Below are positions 1 through 10,403 of a DNA stretch of 64,000 nt, piece by piece. This stretch comes from an uncultured Verrucomicrobiota bacterium. GTDB taxonomy: Bacteria; Verrucomicrobiota; Verrucomicrobiia; Limisphaerales; UBA1319. The stretch spans positions 21,765-85,764 of the forward strand of contig CAYPCQ010000017.1 of the NCBI GenBank assembly GCA_964409245.1, given 5' to 3'. The notes beneath the pieces were generated by a model. That model was not told the DNA's origin, searched no databases, and was given only the letters and a program-made list of their open reading frames with translations. The position numbers and the translations under genes are program-made. Position 1 is the first letter of the stretch. Each line of letters starts with the position of its first letter.

Positions 1-130
1 GGCTTTGTTCCAGGTTCCGGCTCGCAACTGCAACCACGGTGGAGTTGCCGGATTGCTGGATGGCTTTCCAATTTTTCCGGGCAATCCCGGCGGTGCTCAG
101 GAATCCCCAGCGGAGTTTCGGTATGCTCAT
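1..130 (-). CDS. Gfo/Idh/MocA-family oxidoreductase, N-terminal fragment (gene continues beyond left edge)
   Basis: Absent from the ORF track because it runs off the window. Reverse-strand ATG at 130-128 reads MSIPKLRWGFLSTAGIARKNWKAIQQSGNSTVVAVASRNLEQS, a typical Rossmann N-terminus of this family. It lies 26 nt downstream of the stop of the co-directional gene 157-906. Confidence 0.6.
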   Translation of the reverse strand, partial: MSIPKLRWGFLSTAGIARKNWKAIQQSGNSTVVAVASRNLEQS

Positions 131-156
131 GGTCAATCCTCAGGAAAACTGCAAAG

Positions 157-906
157 TCAATGATCCGGTTGCCGATAAACAATGGTGATGCATTTGCGCA
201 GGGCAGGGGGGATTACCGGCGAAATCCAACTGAATACCCGGCTGCCGAGGCTTCCGGAAGAGCTGTAATTGGCAAACTGGATTTGCCGGACCTCGAGGCC
301 CAATTCCCGACCCAGTATTTCCAGTTCCCAGCCGGTATATTCCCGGTAATGGCCGGGATTGGTGCGCTCCTCTCGAATCATTTCGAAAGGATTGCGGCCG
401 AGCAGCATCAGAAGGCGGCTGCGCAAGGCCACGGCATTGGGGGTTTGAATGGCCAAATATCCTCCGGGGCGAACCAGGGACGCCAGGCAAGCCAAAGTTT
501 GCCGGGGGGAGGTATATAGATGCTCGATTACTTCCGCCGCCACGACCACCTGGTAACCATTGTTTCGCGGCCATCGGCTGCGATCACCAGCGTCGTTCAA
601 ATCGAAGGTGACATGCTCGCCGGTGGGCGGTTTTGGCCATTTGGGATCGAAAAACCCCAAAGTGTCGATATTCAATTCGGGCCAGGCCAGGTGGAAGAGG
701 TCAGTCTGAAAGGAAGGACCCACATCCAGCAGACGACCGTTTTTGCCATCGTTTGAAGGATCGGCCAGCAACCGGTCAACCAGTTGGGCGAGGTATTCAA
801 AGCGCCGGTAGTGATAACGGAGGTAATATTCCATTTCCCGGCCCTGCGAAGCGGCTTTCGGCAATAAGGAATCCAGCTTTTGACGAATCTCTGCGCGATT
901 CAACAT
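157..906 (-). CDS. class I SAM-dependent methyltransferase
   Basis: 249-aa ORF. Contains LLDVGP (motif I-like), VVVAAEVIEHL and LVRPGGYLAIQTPN, the arrangement seen in Methyltransf_11/23-type enzymes. Confidence 0.8.
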   Translation of the reverse strand: MLNRAEIRQKLDSLLPKAASQGREMEYYLRYHYRRFEYLAQLVDRLLADPSNDGKNGRLLDVGPSFQTDLFHLAWPELNIDTLGFFDPKWPKPPTGEHVTFDLNDAGDRSRWPRNNGYQVVVAAEVIEHLYTSPRQTLACLASLVRPGGYLAIQTPNAVALRSRLLMLLGRNPFEMIREERTNPGHYREYTGWELEILGRELGLEVRQIQFANYSSSGSLGSRVFSWISPVIPPALRKCITIVYRQPDH

Positions 907-1108
907 AAAAATCTATTCCAGCCCGCTCCCCATTCTAGAAAGCTGCACCTAAAATTCAATGGCCATTTGGGGACAAAAACCAGGCGGCCCAGGCTTTGGA
1001 TTTCCAATTGGGATTGGCACAAAAATGGCCCCGTTATCATCTGGAATCCAGAGTTGACTGTTCCCGACCTTTGGAGCAAGGTTGCCGCGTTTAATAACAT
1101 AAACTGAA

Positions 1109-2668
1109 ATGATAGGTCGATCTGGTTTGCCCACAGCGCTGTTCATTTTGCCGATCTGCGCGGCGCTGGCTATTTTTATCGGTTATTTGATGGCCACTCC
1201 CTTCACTTTTGGGAGTTCGGCTGTGTTGAGCCTTACCTTTGCGGTTTTGGTGGTTCCCATCTTATTACGCTGGCATCATGCGGCGTTGATCGCGTGCTGG
1301 AATGCCACGATGATCATTTATTTCATACCTGGCCAACCGCGTATTGGCGAGTTGGTGGCCATTCTCAGCATTTTCATCGCCATTGTAACGCGTACCCTCA
1401 ATAAAGAGAGCAACTTCATCAGGGTGCCTGCGTTGAATGCGCCGTTGTTCTTCATGGCGGTGGTCGTGTTCATAACCGCCGAACTAACCGGCGGTTTGGG
1501 CGCCCGGCAATTGGGTGCGGAAACCTGGGGAGCCAAGCGCTATATTGGATTGTTTACAGCCATGCTGAGCTATTATGCCTTTACCGCCAGTCGCTTGCCT
1601 CAGGAGAATGCGAAGTGGCTGGCATCTTTATTCTTCCTCGGCGGTGTTACTGCATTTGTCAGTGATTTGGCCTATGCCGCAGGCTCCAATTTTTATTGGT
1701 TGTTCGCCTTCTTTCCAGCGGATATCGCCGCCCATCAGGCCTTTACCGAAACCACTTTGAAGCGGTTTTCCGGCTTAAGTTGGGCAGCCATCGCCGCTCT
1801 GAATTTCCTGCTCGTCCGTTACGGCATAACCGGGGTTTTCGATCTGAAAAAACCGTGGCGGATATTATTGCTGATCGCTTGCGGCCTGATCAGCATGTTG
1901 GGTGGCTACCGTTCCTCTGTGCTGGTATTTGCGATCACCTTTACGGTGCAGTTTTTTTACGAGGGCTTGTTTCGCAGCAAACTGTTCCCAGTCATTCTTT
2001 TTGCGAGTTTGATGGCGGGAGTGTTTGTGGTGGCTTTTACCGATCAACTGCCTCTGTCCATGCAGCGCAGCCTCAGTTTCTTGCCACTGGATATTGATCC
2101 CATGGCCAAGCACGATGCCGCCGGAACTTTGGATTGGCGCCTGCAAATGTGGAAAACCGTGGTCAAGGATGTGCCCACCTACTTGTTGTTAGGCAAAGGT
2201 TTTTCATTTAATTCCACGGATTACTATCTGACTGAGGAAGCCACCAAGCGGGGATTCTACGGAGCGTTTGAATCCACGTTGGTGACGGGCAATTACCACA
2301 ACGGCATCCTGACCATCATCATCCCTTTTGGCATTTGGGGGATAATTGGTTTTACTTGGTTTTGCATCGCGGCGATGCGCATTTTATACGCCAATTACCG
2401 CAATTCATCCGCGAAATTGCAGACCATCAACTGCTTCCTCCTTTCCTATTTTGTGGCCCGGTTGCTTTATTATATTTTCTTTTACGGCCAGTTTGACTTG
2501 GATCTTATGGTCTTCACCAGTGTCGTGGGATTAAGCGTCACCATCAATCATGGGGTTCTAATTACTCGAACTGAAGAATCCGAGGAAAAAGGTGAATTTA
2601 CTCCGGATACCCCATTGCTGATGCCGCCACCGTTGCCTGGTTTTAACCGGATTTCCCGGGGTGCCTGA
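1109..2668 (+). CDS. O-antigen ligase/polymerase-like (Wzy_C-type) polytopic membrane protein
   Basis: 519 aa with many hydrophobic segments. The GNYHNGILTIIIPFGIWGIIGF loop/helix resembles the O-antigen ligase family. Divergent from the methyltransferase/oxidoreductase pair. Confidence 0.7.
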   Translation: MIGRSGLPTALFILPICAALAIFIGYLMATPFTFGSSAVLSLTFAVLVVPILLRWHHAALIACWNATMIIYFIPGQPRIGELVAILSIFIAIVTRTLNKESNFIRVPALNAPLFFMAVVVFITAELTGGLGARQLGAETWGAKRYIGLFTAMLSYYAFTASRLPQENAKWLASLFFLGGVTAFVSDLAYAAGSNFYWLFAFFPADIAAHQAFTETTLKRFSGLSWAAIAALNFLLVRYGITGVFDLKKPWRILLLIACGLISMLGGYRSSVLVFAITFTVQFFYEGLFRSKLFPVILFASLMAGVFVVAFTDQLPLSMQRSLSFLPLDIDPMAKHDAAGTLDWRLQMWKTVVKDVPTYLLLGKGFSFNSTDYYLTEEATKRGFYGAFESTLVTGNYHNGILTIIIPFGIWGIIGFTWFCIAAMRILYANYRNSSAKLQTINCFLLSYFVARLLYYIFFYGQFDLDLMVFTSVVGLSVTINHGVLITRTEESEEKGEFTPDTPLLMPPPLPGFNRISRGA

Positions 2669-2709
2669 TCTTTCAAGGCACCCAGGGGCTTGGCTTTCAC
2701 ACTGCTTTT

Positions 2710-5700
2710 TCAGTTTTTGTTGAGCGCATCGCGCGCTTTTTGGCGAGCCTCTTCCTTGGATGAATCGGTCGATTGGGGCTGGTCCACCGCCATCTGCCAG
2801 GCTTTCGTGGCCAGATCAGGCTTGCGCATTGCGGCCAGCGCCTGGCCGCGCAGGTAGTGGATATGTGAATCGCAGGTGTTTTGGAGACGACCGGTGGCCA
2901 GGTTTTGCGGGTATTCCAGTGCCCGATCGAATTCAGCCAAAGCTTCCGAAGCGCGCCCGGCCTTCAGAAGGTCATTGCCTAGCGCCAGGTGTGCCTCCTC
3001 AAAAATCTGATGCACTTCCTGGGCTCCCTCCCAGATTATGAGGCGAACGGAATCCAGCAATTTGGCCGTTTTTTCATATTGGTTCATGCGGTTATAGGTG
3101 CGGGCAAGCAAAACCGCGAAGTCGGAGCGGCTTTGGCCGGCAGCAAAAGCTCCCGAAAGAACTTTGGCCACCCGGCTGATCAAGTTGTTTTTTTCTGCTG
3201 CGTCGCGGGCTTGATCAGCCAGCGCGGCCAAAGCTTTGGCCAGATCCATGGCCAGAATGGGATCTTTCGGATCGGCTTGGTTGCCGAGGTCGAATAATTG
3301 AACAGCCGCTTTTAAATCGCCGTCCACCTGTTGCGCGGCTGCGCCTAAAGCCCGATAGGCAATGGCTGGAGCGGCCTTCTTTTCCGCCGCTTTTTGCCAG
3401 AATTGCCGCCCTTCAGAGGTTTTTCCCAGCGAAAATAGCAGGTGGCCGAGCAGCAACGCCGCCTGGCCATCCTGGGGATTTTTGCTCAAAGCCCACTGAA
3501 GAACGGGGACGCTTTCTCCATGGTGGGGAAACACGCCTTCGGCATTAAGCGAGGTGGAGAGATCCAGCAAGGTGCGCATGGGGTCTGGCCGGTTGGTTTT
3601 TTCAGCGAGGTACGCCGCCCAATAAACCACCAGGGGATCCATATCTTTTTGATGGATGGCTTTGAGGTAAAAGGCGTCCATTACCAAGTAAGCCATTTCA
3701 AACTGGCCCAAGCCTGAATATTCCACAGCCAATTCCAAGATGGCGAGCGCCTTGCCTTTTGCCAACGGGGCCAGGGTCCATTCCGGGAATTCCATCCCTT
3801 GCAGCCATAAGAGGCTGCGGGCCAGGGTATCCAGTGGATTATCCCGAAGGTTGGCCTGGATTAAAGGCAGTGCTTCTTGGGGGCGGCCCAGCCTGAACAA
3901 AGCGCAGGCCAGCCGGTGGCGGCAGGCAGGGTCCGAGTTCCATGGGCCAACCGGCGATAGCGCTTGCACCACCCCCTCAAAATCATCCCGGCGCAGGAGC
4001 AGTTTCCCTGCCAGGGCGCGTCCCGGAATGGCAATTGCCGGGTCGAGCGCCGACTTCCAAGCCTCCTCCAAAGCCAAAGCCTCCCGGCCCTGCAAGTTGG
4101 AGGCAACCGCCAGGGCGAAATGGGCCAATCCCGATTCGGGATTAGTTTTTAAAGCCCTTTCCGCCTCATAACCGGCGTCTTGAGAGGCCCGGTCCATCAA
4201 TAAAAAGGCCAGGCCGGTATGGGCCGGTGCCTGGTTGGCGTCGAGCGTCAAGGCCTGGCGGAAGCTTTTTTCGGACTCTTTTTCATTGGCGAAGAGGAAC
4301 TGCTCCCAACCTTTTTGGGCATGTTCCGCGCTTGTTTTGGGATCAGGTTTATTGGCAGGTGGTTTCCTTACGGGCAAATCCAACGGCACTTGGCACCGCG
4401 CCAGCACGAATGCCCCGGCGGTGACTTCCAGTTGGAACGGCTCTTTTTCCTGGCCAGTGAAAAGGCTGATGCTGACCGGGCTGCGAGGTGATATGGAGCG
4501 TTGGGAGGAATCCAAAATCCGGCCGTTTTTGCGGATAGTAAAGGTTGCGGGGGACCAATCTCCACTGCCCATGGCGCGGATCAGCAAGGTGTTTTCTTTG
4601 GCTTGGGTATTCAGGGCCACCTCGCGGTTGGCAAAGGTAAACCCGCCTAAACCATGCACTGGATACCACCATTCCTCCCAGGCGACACCTTCCGCCGGAT
4701 CCAGCCGTCCTACGTCAGCCTGGGTGGGAAGCGGCCCGGTTTGCACCTCGTTGTAGGGGCCGTCGTCGTCGGTCAGGTCCATTTGGTGCATCTGGCCGTA
4801 GCTGCCAGTGCCCCAAGTCCAGGCTTTCTTGCCTGGCACTTGATGGTGGTTGGCATAAGCGATAATGCCGGTGTTGGCCTCCTCATCATAAGAACCGAAA
4901 AAGTCCTGGTCACACTGGTAAGCGAAAATCGAGGAGGCGTCCTGGTAGTTGCGCCCCAAACTCAAATCTTTGCCATTGGCGACTGGCCAGGTGTAAAACT
5001 CCTTGCCGCCGTGGTCGGTGCCCAAGGTCATGGGATAAACAAACCGGAAACCGTGCGTGTTGGGAACCGCGGTGCAGTTCCAAAAATAATAAGGAGCGAT
5101 GGTTTCGGAGGGGTTGTAAATGCGGATCTTTTCCTCCAAGTAGGAACGTCCTGGCCGCAAGGTGATGCACACCGTCCATTGCGTGTGGTTTATGCGTTCG
5201 GTTTCCCCAACTGCCACGGTTCGCGAACCGTCCGGCGCCTGCGGGAGGATTTCCACATCCACCGGTTGCATGGCGCTGACGCTATGACCGGCGGGGCCGG
5301 TATTAAATTCGATTCCGCCCGAAATCCAGGCCCCGCATTGGCCGATCAAGCCTGGTTTCACGACATGGTTCACATAGAACATCTGTTTGCCGGTGGTCTT
5401 ATTGAAGACCTCATAAACCTTTCCTCCAATCTCCGGCAAAAAGGTGATCCGCAGAAACTCGTTTTCCAATACCGCCGTTTGGTAGGTGCGCACTTCCCGA
5501 GTGCGGCGAAGGTTGTCCATCATTGGGTATGGGTAAATATTCCGGTTGTCAGTGGCTTTAAAAAAAGGGTGGGGCACTGCTGGCAGCCAGGGATACGTGG
5601 GCAGTTGGATGGTATCCCTGCGGGCGGTTACTTCGGCAGTTGCACTGGCCGCTCCCAACCAAGCCAGAAGGAATAAGAAAAGCCAGCCAGCCCAGGAATT

Positions 5701-5817
5701 GGGAAACCGCCTCAGGGAAGGTGTGAAAGAGTCGTTTTTGAGGGGACTCCTGCCGCTTGCCTTTGAAAAGGCCAACGCATTCGCCCGGTCCCAAGAAGAC
5801 ATGGATTTGGTTTTCAT
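2710..5817 (-). CDS. DUF5107 domain protein with C-terminal TPR repeats (secreted)
   Basis: 1035 aa. The N-terminal region LPTYPW...YPYPMMDNL...ENEFLRITFLPEIGGKVYEVFNK...VVKPGLIGQCGAWISGGIEFN matches the DUF5107 signature. The C-terminal half is Ala/Leu-rich TPR-like. A signal-anchor is present. Confidence 0.8.
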   Translation of the reverse strand: MKTKSMSSWDRANALAFSKASGRSPLKNDSFTPSLRRFPNSWAGWLFLFLLAWLGAASATAEVTARRDTIQLPTYPWLPAVPHPFFKATDNRNIYPYPMMDNLRRTREVRTYQTAVLENEFLRITFLPEIGGKVYEVFNKTTGKQMFYVNHVVKPGLIGQCGAWISGGIEFNTGPAGHSVSAMQPVDVEILPQAPDGSRTVAVGETERINHTQWTVCITLRPGRSYLEEKIRIYNPSETIAPYYFWNCTAVPNTHGFRFVYPMTLGTDHGGKEFYTWPVANGKDLSLGRNYQDASSIFAYQCDQDFFGSYDEEANTGIIAYANHHQVPGKKAWTWGTGSYGQMHQMDLTDDDGPYNEVQTGPLPTQADVGRLDPAEGVAWEEWWYPVHGLGGFTFANREVALNTQAKENTLLIRAMGSGDWSPATFTIRKNGRILDSSQRSISPRSPVSISLFTGQEKEPFQLEVTAGAFVLARCQVPLDLPVRKPPANKPDPKTSAEHAQKGWEQFLFANEKESEKSFRQALTLDANQAPAHTGLAFLLMDRASQDAGYEAERALKTNPESGLAHFALAVASNLQGREALALEEAWKSALDPAIAIPGRALAGKLLLRRDDFEGVVQALSPVGPWNSDPACRHRLACALFRLGRPQEALPLIQANLRDNPLDTLARSLLWLQGMEFPEWTLAPLAKGKALAILELAVEYSGLGQFEMAYLVMDAFYLKAIHQKDMDPLVVYWAAYLAEKTNRPDPMRTLLDLSTSLNAEGVFPHHGESVPVLQWALSKNPQDGQAALLLGHLLFSLGKTSEGRQFWQKAAEKKAAPAIAYRALGAAAQQVDGDLKAAVQLFDLGNQADPKDPILAMDLAKALAALADQARDAAEKNNLISRVAKVLSGAFAAGQSRSDFAVLLARTYNRMNQYEKTAKLLDSVRLIIWEGAQEVHQIFEEAHLALGNDLLKAGRASEALAEFDRALEYPQNLATGRLQNTCDSHIHYLRGQALAAMRKPDLATKAWQMAVDQPQSTDSSKEEARQKARDALNKN

Positions 5818-5983
5818 TCAGGTATTTGATTGCCGAGTAAAACAGAGGTGGACGGAGGAATCAACACGAACCTGAACCGTTTCAGCAAGCACCAAAAAGC
5901 CGCGGCGGAGTTTGAAATAGCTTTTGACTAAAGGTCCGAATCGGATAGGCTGGAGATCTTTATAGATAGTAAAAAGGTTTGTT

Positions 5984-7237
5984 ATGGCGAAATTAACGAT
6001 CAAAGATGTGGAACTGGGGGGCAAACGAGTGTTTGTGCGCGTGGACTTCAATGTCCCCATGGAGGAAAAAGACGGTCAGATGGTCGTGACCGATGTGACG
6101 CGCATCAAGGAAACCCTGCCCACCTTGGACTTCTTGATGGCCAAAGGGGCGAAAGTCATTTTGACCAGCCATTTGGGACGCCCCAAAGGGAAGCGGGATT
6201 CATCCATGTCCTTGAAACCAGTAGCGGCCAAATTGGCTGACATGATTGGCAAGCCGGTTGCGTTCGTTGACGATTGCATCGGGGAAAAGGTTGAAAAAAC
6301 CGTCGAGATCATGAAGGCCGGGGATGTTCTCCTGCTGGAAAATGTTCGTTATTACGACCAGGAAGAAGCCAACGATACAGGATTTGCCCAGCAATTGGCC
6401 AAAGTGGCCGATGTTTATGTGAATGATGCTTTCGGGTCTGCCCATCGCGCACATGCCTCCACCGAGGGGGTGGCGCGGGTGGTGGCAGGTCGTGGTGGCC
6501 AATGCGCAGCTGGTTTCCTGATGGAGAGGGAGTTGAAGTTCCTGGGCGAGGAATTGGAATCGCCCGCCCGCCCGTTTGTGGTGATCCTGGGCGGTGCCAA
6601 GGTATCCGACAAGATCAAGGTAATTGATCGCTTGCTGGAAAAGGCCGACGCCTTGCTGATCGGTGGGGCCATGGCTTACACGTTCCGTCTCGCCAGTGGG
6701 AACAAAGTTGGCAAATCGCTCGTGGAGGCGGACAAAACGTCGATAGCACTGGCGGCCTTGGAGAAAGCCAAACAGCGCGGAGTGAAGTTTTTGCTGCCCA
6801 CAGATGATGTGGTGGCCAATCCAGTGAAAACCGAAAAGCTGGATAAGAAGGGCAAGCCCATCATCGAATGGCAAAATCCGACCATTAATTCGTCCTTGGA
6901 TTGTCCTGAAAATGCGGCTGGACTGGACATCGGTCCCGCCACGATAAAGGCTTACGCTGAAGTGGCAAAAAACGCCAAAACGGTGCTTTGGAACGGCCCC
7001 ATGGGCATTTTTGAAGATGCCCGATTTGCGGAAGGAACATACGGAGTGGCCCGGGCGGTGGTGGAAGCCACTGAAAAAGGCGCCACCAGCATCATTGGTG
7101 GGGGGGATAGTGTCAAAGCGCTCAACAAAGCCAAACTAGGTGACAAGGTCACTTTCATGAGCACGGGCGGCGGCGCCAGCCTGGAATTCCTGGAAGGCGT
7201 GGTTTTGCCTGGAGTTGCGGCATTGACGGATAAATAA
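5984..7237 (+). CDS. pgk: phosphoglycerate kinase
   Basis: 417 aa. Contains [31 protein letters not shown] and [13 protein letters not shown]. Confidence 0.97.
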   Translation: MAKLTIKDVELGGKRVFVRVDFNVPMEEKDGQMVVTDVTRIKETLPTLDFLMAKGAKVILTSHLGRPKGKRDSSMSLKPVAAKLADMIGKPVAFVDDCIGEKVEKTVEIMKAGDVLLLENVRYYDQEEANDTGFAQQLAKVADVYVNDAFGSAHRAHASTEGVARVVAGRGGQCAAGFLMERELKFLGEELESPARPFVVILGGAKVSDKIKVIDRLLEKADALLIGGAMAYTFRLASGNKVGKSLVEADKTSIALAALEKAKQRGVKFLLPTDDVVANPVKTEKLDKKGKPIIEWQNPTINSSLDCPENAAGLDIGPATIKAYAEVAKNAKTVLWNGPMGIFEDARFAEGTYGVARAVVEATEKGATSIIGGGDSVKALNKAKLGDKVTFMSTGGGASLEFLEGVVLPGVAALTDK

Positions 7238-7274
7238 AATACTTGTAGGCTGAACTCTTTATTTGGGAATCATC

Positions 7275-8039
7275 ATGCATAAGGATCGAAAACTGTTAAT
7301 AGCTGGCAACTGGAAAATGAACAAGACAGTGGCTGAAGGACTGGATCTTGTTCAAGGGCTGCGTCGCGAACTGGCCGGGGTCAAGGAAGTGGACATTGTG
7401 GTGTGTCCGCCTTACACGGCTTTGAGCGAAGTGTCCAAAATAATCATGGATTCAAACCTCCGTCTGGGGGCTCAAAACATGAGCGAACAAGCACCTGGGG
7501 CACACACGGGGGAGATCGCCGCCGCGATGCTGAAAGAATTCTCGGTGCGGTACGTCATCTTGGGGCACTCAGAGCGCCGCCAATTCCAAAGGGAAGCCAG
7601 CGAATTGATCGCCAAAAAGGCGTTGGCGGCACATGCCGCATCGCTTAAACCCATTGTTTGCATCGGTGAAACCTTGGAAGAACGCGAAAAAGGGGTGACG
7701 GAGCAAATTCTGGAGCAACAATTGCGGGGCAGCCTCGCGGGCTTGAGCAAGGAGCAAATGGCGGAGACGGTGGTTGCCTATGAACCGGTTTGGGCCATTG
7801 GCACCGGCAAAACGGCCACCACCCAGCAGGCCCAGGATGCTCACGCTTTCATCCGCAAAGTGCTGGTCTCCCTGTTTGACGATGCAGTTGCCAAGCGGGT
7901 GCGCATCCAATACGGTGGCAGCGTCAAACCCGCCAACGCCCGTGAATTGATGAGCCAGCCGGATGTTGATGGCGCCTTGGTTGGAGGTGCGTCCCTCGAG
8001 GTCCGGAGCTTCACGGACATTATCAAGAATAGCATTTAG
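7275..8039 (+). CDS. tpiA: triosephosphate isomerase
   Basis: Contains AGNWKMNK, ILGHSERR, YEPVWAIGTG and YGGSVKP. The ORF opens at TTG 7263, but ATG 7275 (MHKDRK) gives a canonical N-terminus. Confidence 0.95.
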   Translation: MHKDRKLLIAGNWKMNKTVAEGLDLVQGLRRELAGVKEVDIVVCPPYTALSEVSKIIMDSNLRLGAQNMSEQAPGAHTGEIAAAMLKEFSVRYVILGHSERRQFQREASELIAKKALAAHAASLKPIVCIGETLEEREKGVTEQILEQQLRGSLAGLSKEQMAETVVAYEPVWAIGTGKTATTQQAQDAHAFIRKVLVSLFDDAVAKRVRIQYGGSVKPANARELMSQPDVDGALVGGASLEVRSFTDIIKNSI

Positions 8040-8040
8040 T

Positions 8041-8619
8041 ATGACTTACTTTATTGGTTTATTAACGGTTGTTTTAACACTCAACAGCATCTTTCTGATT
8101 CTGCTGATTCTCGTTCAGCTACCCAAAAAGGAAGCCGGAGCTGGCACCGCTTTCGGTGGTGCTGCCACTGATGCCTTGTTTGGCGCTGGAACCGGCAACG
8201 CATTGACGAAAATGACCCGTTACTCGGCGACGGTGTTTTTTGTGCTGTCCCTGATTCTAGCTATTATTGGCGCCAACCGGTCCCAAGCGTCTTCAGGTAA
8301 ACTCAAAGGCGCCATCCGGCAAATTGCGGCCACCAACACGGTTCCCGCCGCTGCTGCTTCGGCTTCCGCTTCCAACCAGTTGGAGAAGGCCGCCCGCCAG
8401 GCCGGTTCCAACGTGGTTCAAGCTGCCAGCAACTCCGTGACCGCCGTCGTTAATACCAATGCCTTGAGCCTGACCAACTTGAATGTCGTCAGTTCAAATA
8501 CGCCCGCTGTCCCAGTGGTTCCCAAAGTCACCAACCTGGTGGCGCAAACCAATCCGGTGGTTCCCAAAGTGACAAATATTGTGGTGCAAACCAATAAGCC
8601 GGCTTCCACCAATAAATAA
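8041..8619 (+). CDS. secG: preprotein translocase subunit SecG with long low-complexity C-terminal tail
   Basis: The ATG at 8041 starts 1 nt after the tpiA stop. MTYFIGLLTVVLTLNSIFLILLILVQLPKKEAGAGTAFGG...LTKMTRYSATVFFVLSLILA is a two-TM SecG core. The pgk-tpiA-secG order is conserved. The track ORF starting at 7963 overlaps tpiA and is not the real start. Confidence 0.85.
   Translation: MTYFIGLLTVVLTLNSIFLILLILVQLPKKEAGAGTAFGGAATDALFGAGTGNALTKMTRYSATVFFVLSLILAIIGANRSQASSGKLKGAIRQIAATNTVPAAAASASASNQLEKAARQAGSNVVQAASNSVTAVVNTNALSLTNLNVVSSNTPAVPVVPKVTNLVAQTNPVVPKVTNIVVQTNKPASTNK
8512..8595 (+). repeat. 42-nt tandem duplication inside the secG tail (PVVPKVTN[LI]V[AV]QTN x2)
   Basis: Units begin at 8512 and 8554 and are highly similar at the nucleotide level. 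Confidence 0.8.
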
Positions 8620-8638
8620 CGGTTTGGATATTGATCCG

Positions 8639-8671
8639 CGCCATCGGCTAGCCGCCGATGGCGTTTTTTTT
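8639..8671 (+). terminator. rho-independent terminator after secG
   Basis: CGCCATCGGC (8639-8648), loop TAGCC, GCCGATGGCG (8654-8663), then a T8 run (8664-8671). Confidence 0.8.
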
Positions 8672-8771
8672 AATTGGCCAGGAAACAGGAGCATAGGGGT
8701 TAATCATAATTTACATTGCCTTGGAGCTTGCCATCCGGCGTTTTGGGTTCATCCTTGGCTGGCGATTTCCG

Positions 8772-10397
8772 ATGTGGTGGTCTGAAAAAACAAAAGCCTG
8801 GGCGTTCGGTTTCCTGGTGGTCTTGATCCTGGCTGTGGGATCCGCCGGATGCAGGAAATCCACGCCGCGCGCGGATTTGGTGATCCTGAACGGTGCCGAA
8901 CCTGAATCCTTGGACCCTGCGGCGGTGACCAGCCAGCCGGATTTGCGGGTGGTGAGTGCTTTGTTTGAAGGATTAACCAGGCCGGATCCGGTCACCGGCA
9001 ACCCAATTCCCGGCTTGGCTGAACGCTGGGAAATCTCCGCAGACCAGGCTCAATTCACCTTTTATTTGCGTTCGAATGCCGTTTGGTCCACCGGGGAACC
9101 CATTCTGGCGGAGGATGTGGTTTATTCGTGGCGCCGCACATTGGATCCGGCCACCGCCAGTGATTATGCGGGGCAACTCTTCTATCTGAAAAACGCTGAA
9201 GAGTTCAACCGTGGGCTATTGAAGGATCCGAACCTGCTGGGGATTCAAGCCACCGCCCCCCGGATTTTACAAGTGACCTTGAAGCAACCTTCCTTCTTTT
9301 TCCTGGATCTGTGCACGCTCCCGGCTCTGGCAGCGGTTCCTCGCCGGGCCATCGAACAACATGGTGATTTTTGGATCAAGGCCCGGCCATTGCCTGTCAG
9401 TGGGGCTTACGAGCTGGAGCGTTGGCGCGTGAATGACCGGATCCGGTTGCGAAAAAACCTCCGGTATTGGGACGCCGCCAACACGCAAAACCAGCTGGTC
9501 GATATTTTGCCCATCGGTTCCGCATCCACGGCTTTGAATCTCTTCATGACCGGGGGGGCGGATATTGTTTGGGACAAGGAATTGATCCCGGTGGAGTTGC
9601 TCGACCTCCTTTTGAAGCGGCCGGATTTCCATCCGTTCGATTACCTGGGCACGTATTTCATCCGGTTCAATGTGACCCAGAAGCCCTTTGACGATCCCCG
9701 GGTACGGAGAGCCTTGGCGATGGCTATAGACAAGCGCCGTTTGGTCGAAAAAATCACCCGGGCCGGTGAAAAGCCGGCCGGCCAGATGACCCCTCCTGGG
9801 GTTCCGGATTATACCCCGCCAGCCGGCTTGAATTATAATCCGGAATTGGGCCGCCAACTCCTGCGGGATGCCGGATATCCTGAAGGGCGCGGCTTCCCGG
9901 CCTTCAAATACATGTTCAACGCTGCGGCTGGCGGAGCGGCCAATAACCACCAGAAGATCGGAGTCGAACTCCAGCAGATGTGGAAACAGACGCTGGGGAT
10001 CGATATGGAATTACGGCAGGTGGAAACCGCCATTTTTTTTGCGGCGCAAACCGCTTTGGACTATCAAGTCTGCCGCAGCAGTTGGGTGGGGGATTACAAC
10101 GATCCCAATACTTTCCTGGACCTGTTTTTGAGCCACAGCGGGAACAACCGCACCGGTTGGAAAAACGGGCGCTTTGATCAATTGCTGGAGTCCGCCAACC
10201 GCCAGACCAATGGTGTGCAACGGAAAGAACGGCTCGGCCAGGCTGAACAATTGCTGGTGGAGGAGGAATTGCCGGTCATCCCGCTCTATTTTTACCGGGG
10301 AGTCTCTTATTACGACAGCCGGAAAATCCAGGGTGTCCACACGAATATCCTCGATCTGCACCCCATTAATGCCATCCGGAAAATCAAGTCCGATTAA
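8772..10397 (+). CDS. peptide/nickel ABC transporter substrate-binding lipoprotein (family 5, OppA/DppA-like)
   Basis: Family-5 SBP features are present (NGAEPESLDPA, WSTGEPILAEDVVYSW, RLRKNLRYWD). The lipobox LAVGSAGC follows ATG 8772. The track ORF opens at TTG 8721. Confidence 0.9.
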   Translation: MWWSEKTKAWAFGFLVVLILAVGSAGCRKSTPRADLVILNGAEPESLDPAAVTSQPDLRVVSALFEGLTRPDPVTGNPIPGLAERWEISADQAQFTFYLRSNAVWSTGEPILAEDVVYSWRRTLDPATASDYAGQLFYLKNAEEFNRGLLKDPNLLGIQATAPRILQVTLKQPSFFFLDLCTLPALAAVPRRAIEQHGDFWIKARPLPVSGAYELERWRVNDRIRLRKNLRYWDAANTQNQLVDILPIGSASTALNLFMTGGADIVWDKELIPVELLDLLLKRPDFHPFDYLGTYFIRFNVTQKPFDDPRVRRALAMAIDKRRLVEKITRAGEKPAGQMTPPGVPDYTPPAGLNYNPELGRQLLRDAGYPEGRGFPAFKYMFNAAAGGAANNHQKIGVELQQMWKQTLGIDMELRQVETAIFFAAQTALDYQVCRSSWVGDYNDPNTFLDLFLSHSGNNRTGWKNGRFDQLLESANRQTNGVQRKERLGQAEQLLVEEELPVIPLYFYRGVSYYDSRKIQGVHTNILDLHPINAIRKIKSD

Positions 10398-10403
10398 TCC
10401 CGC

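Noticed and set aside
1015-1029. TGGCACAAAAATGGC upstream of the O-antigen-ligase-like gene (sigma-54-like)
   Set aside because: The GG/GC spacing is correct, but the -12 box is TGGC, not TTGC. Matches of this relaxed type are expected by chance at about 1-2 per window.
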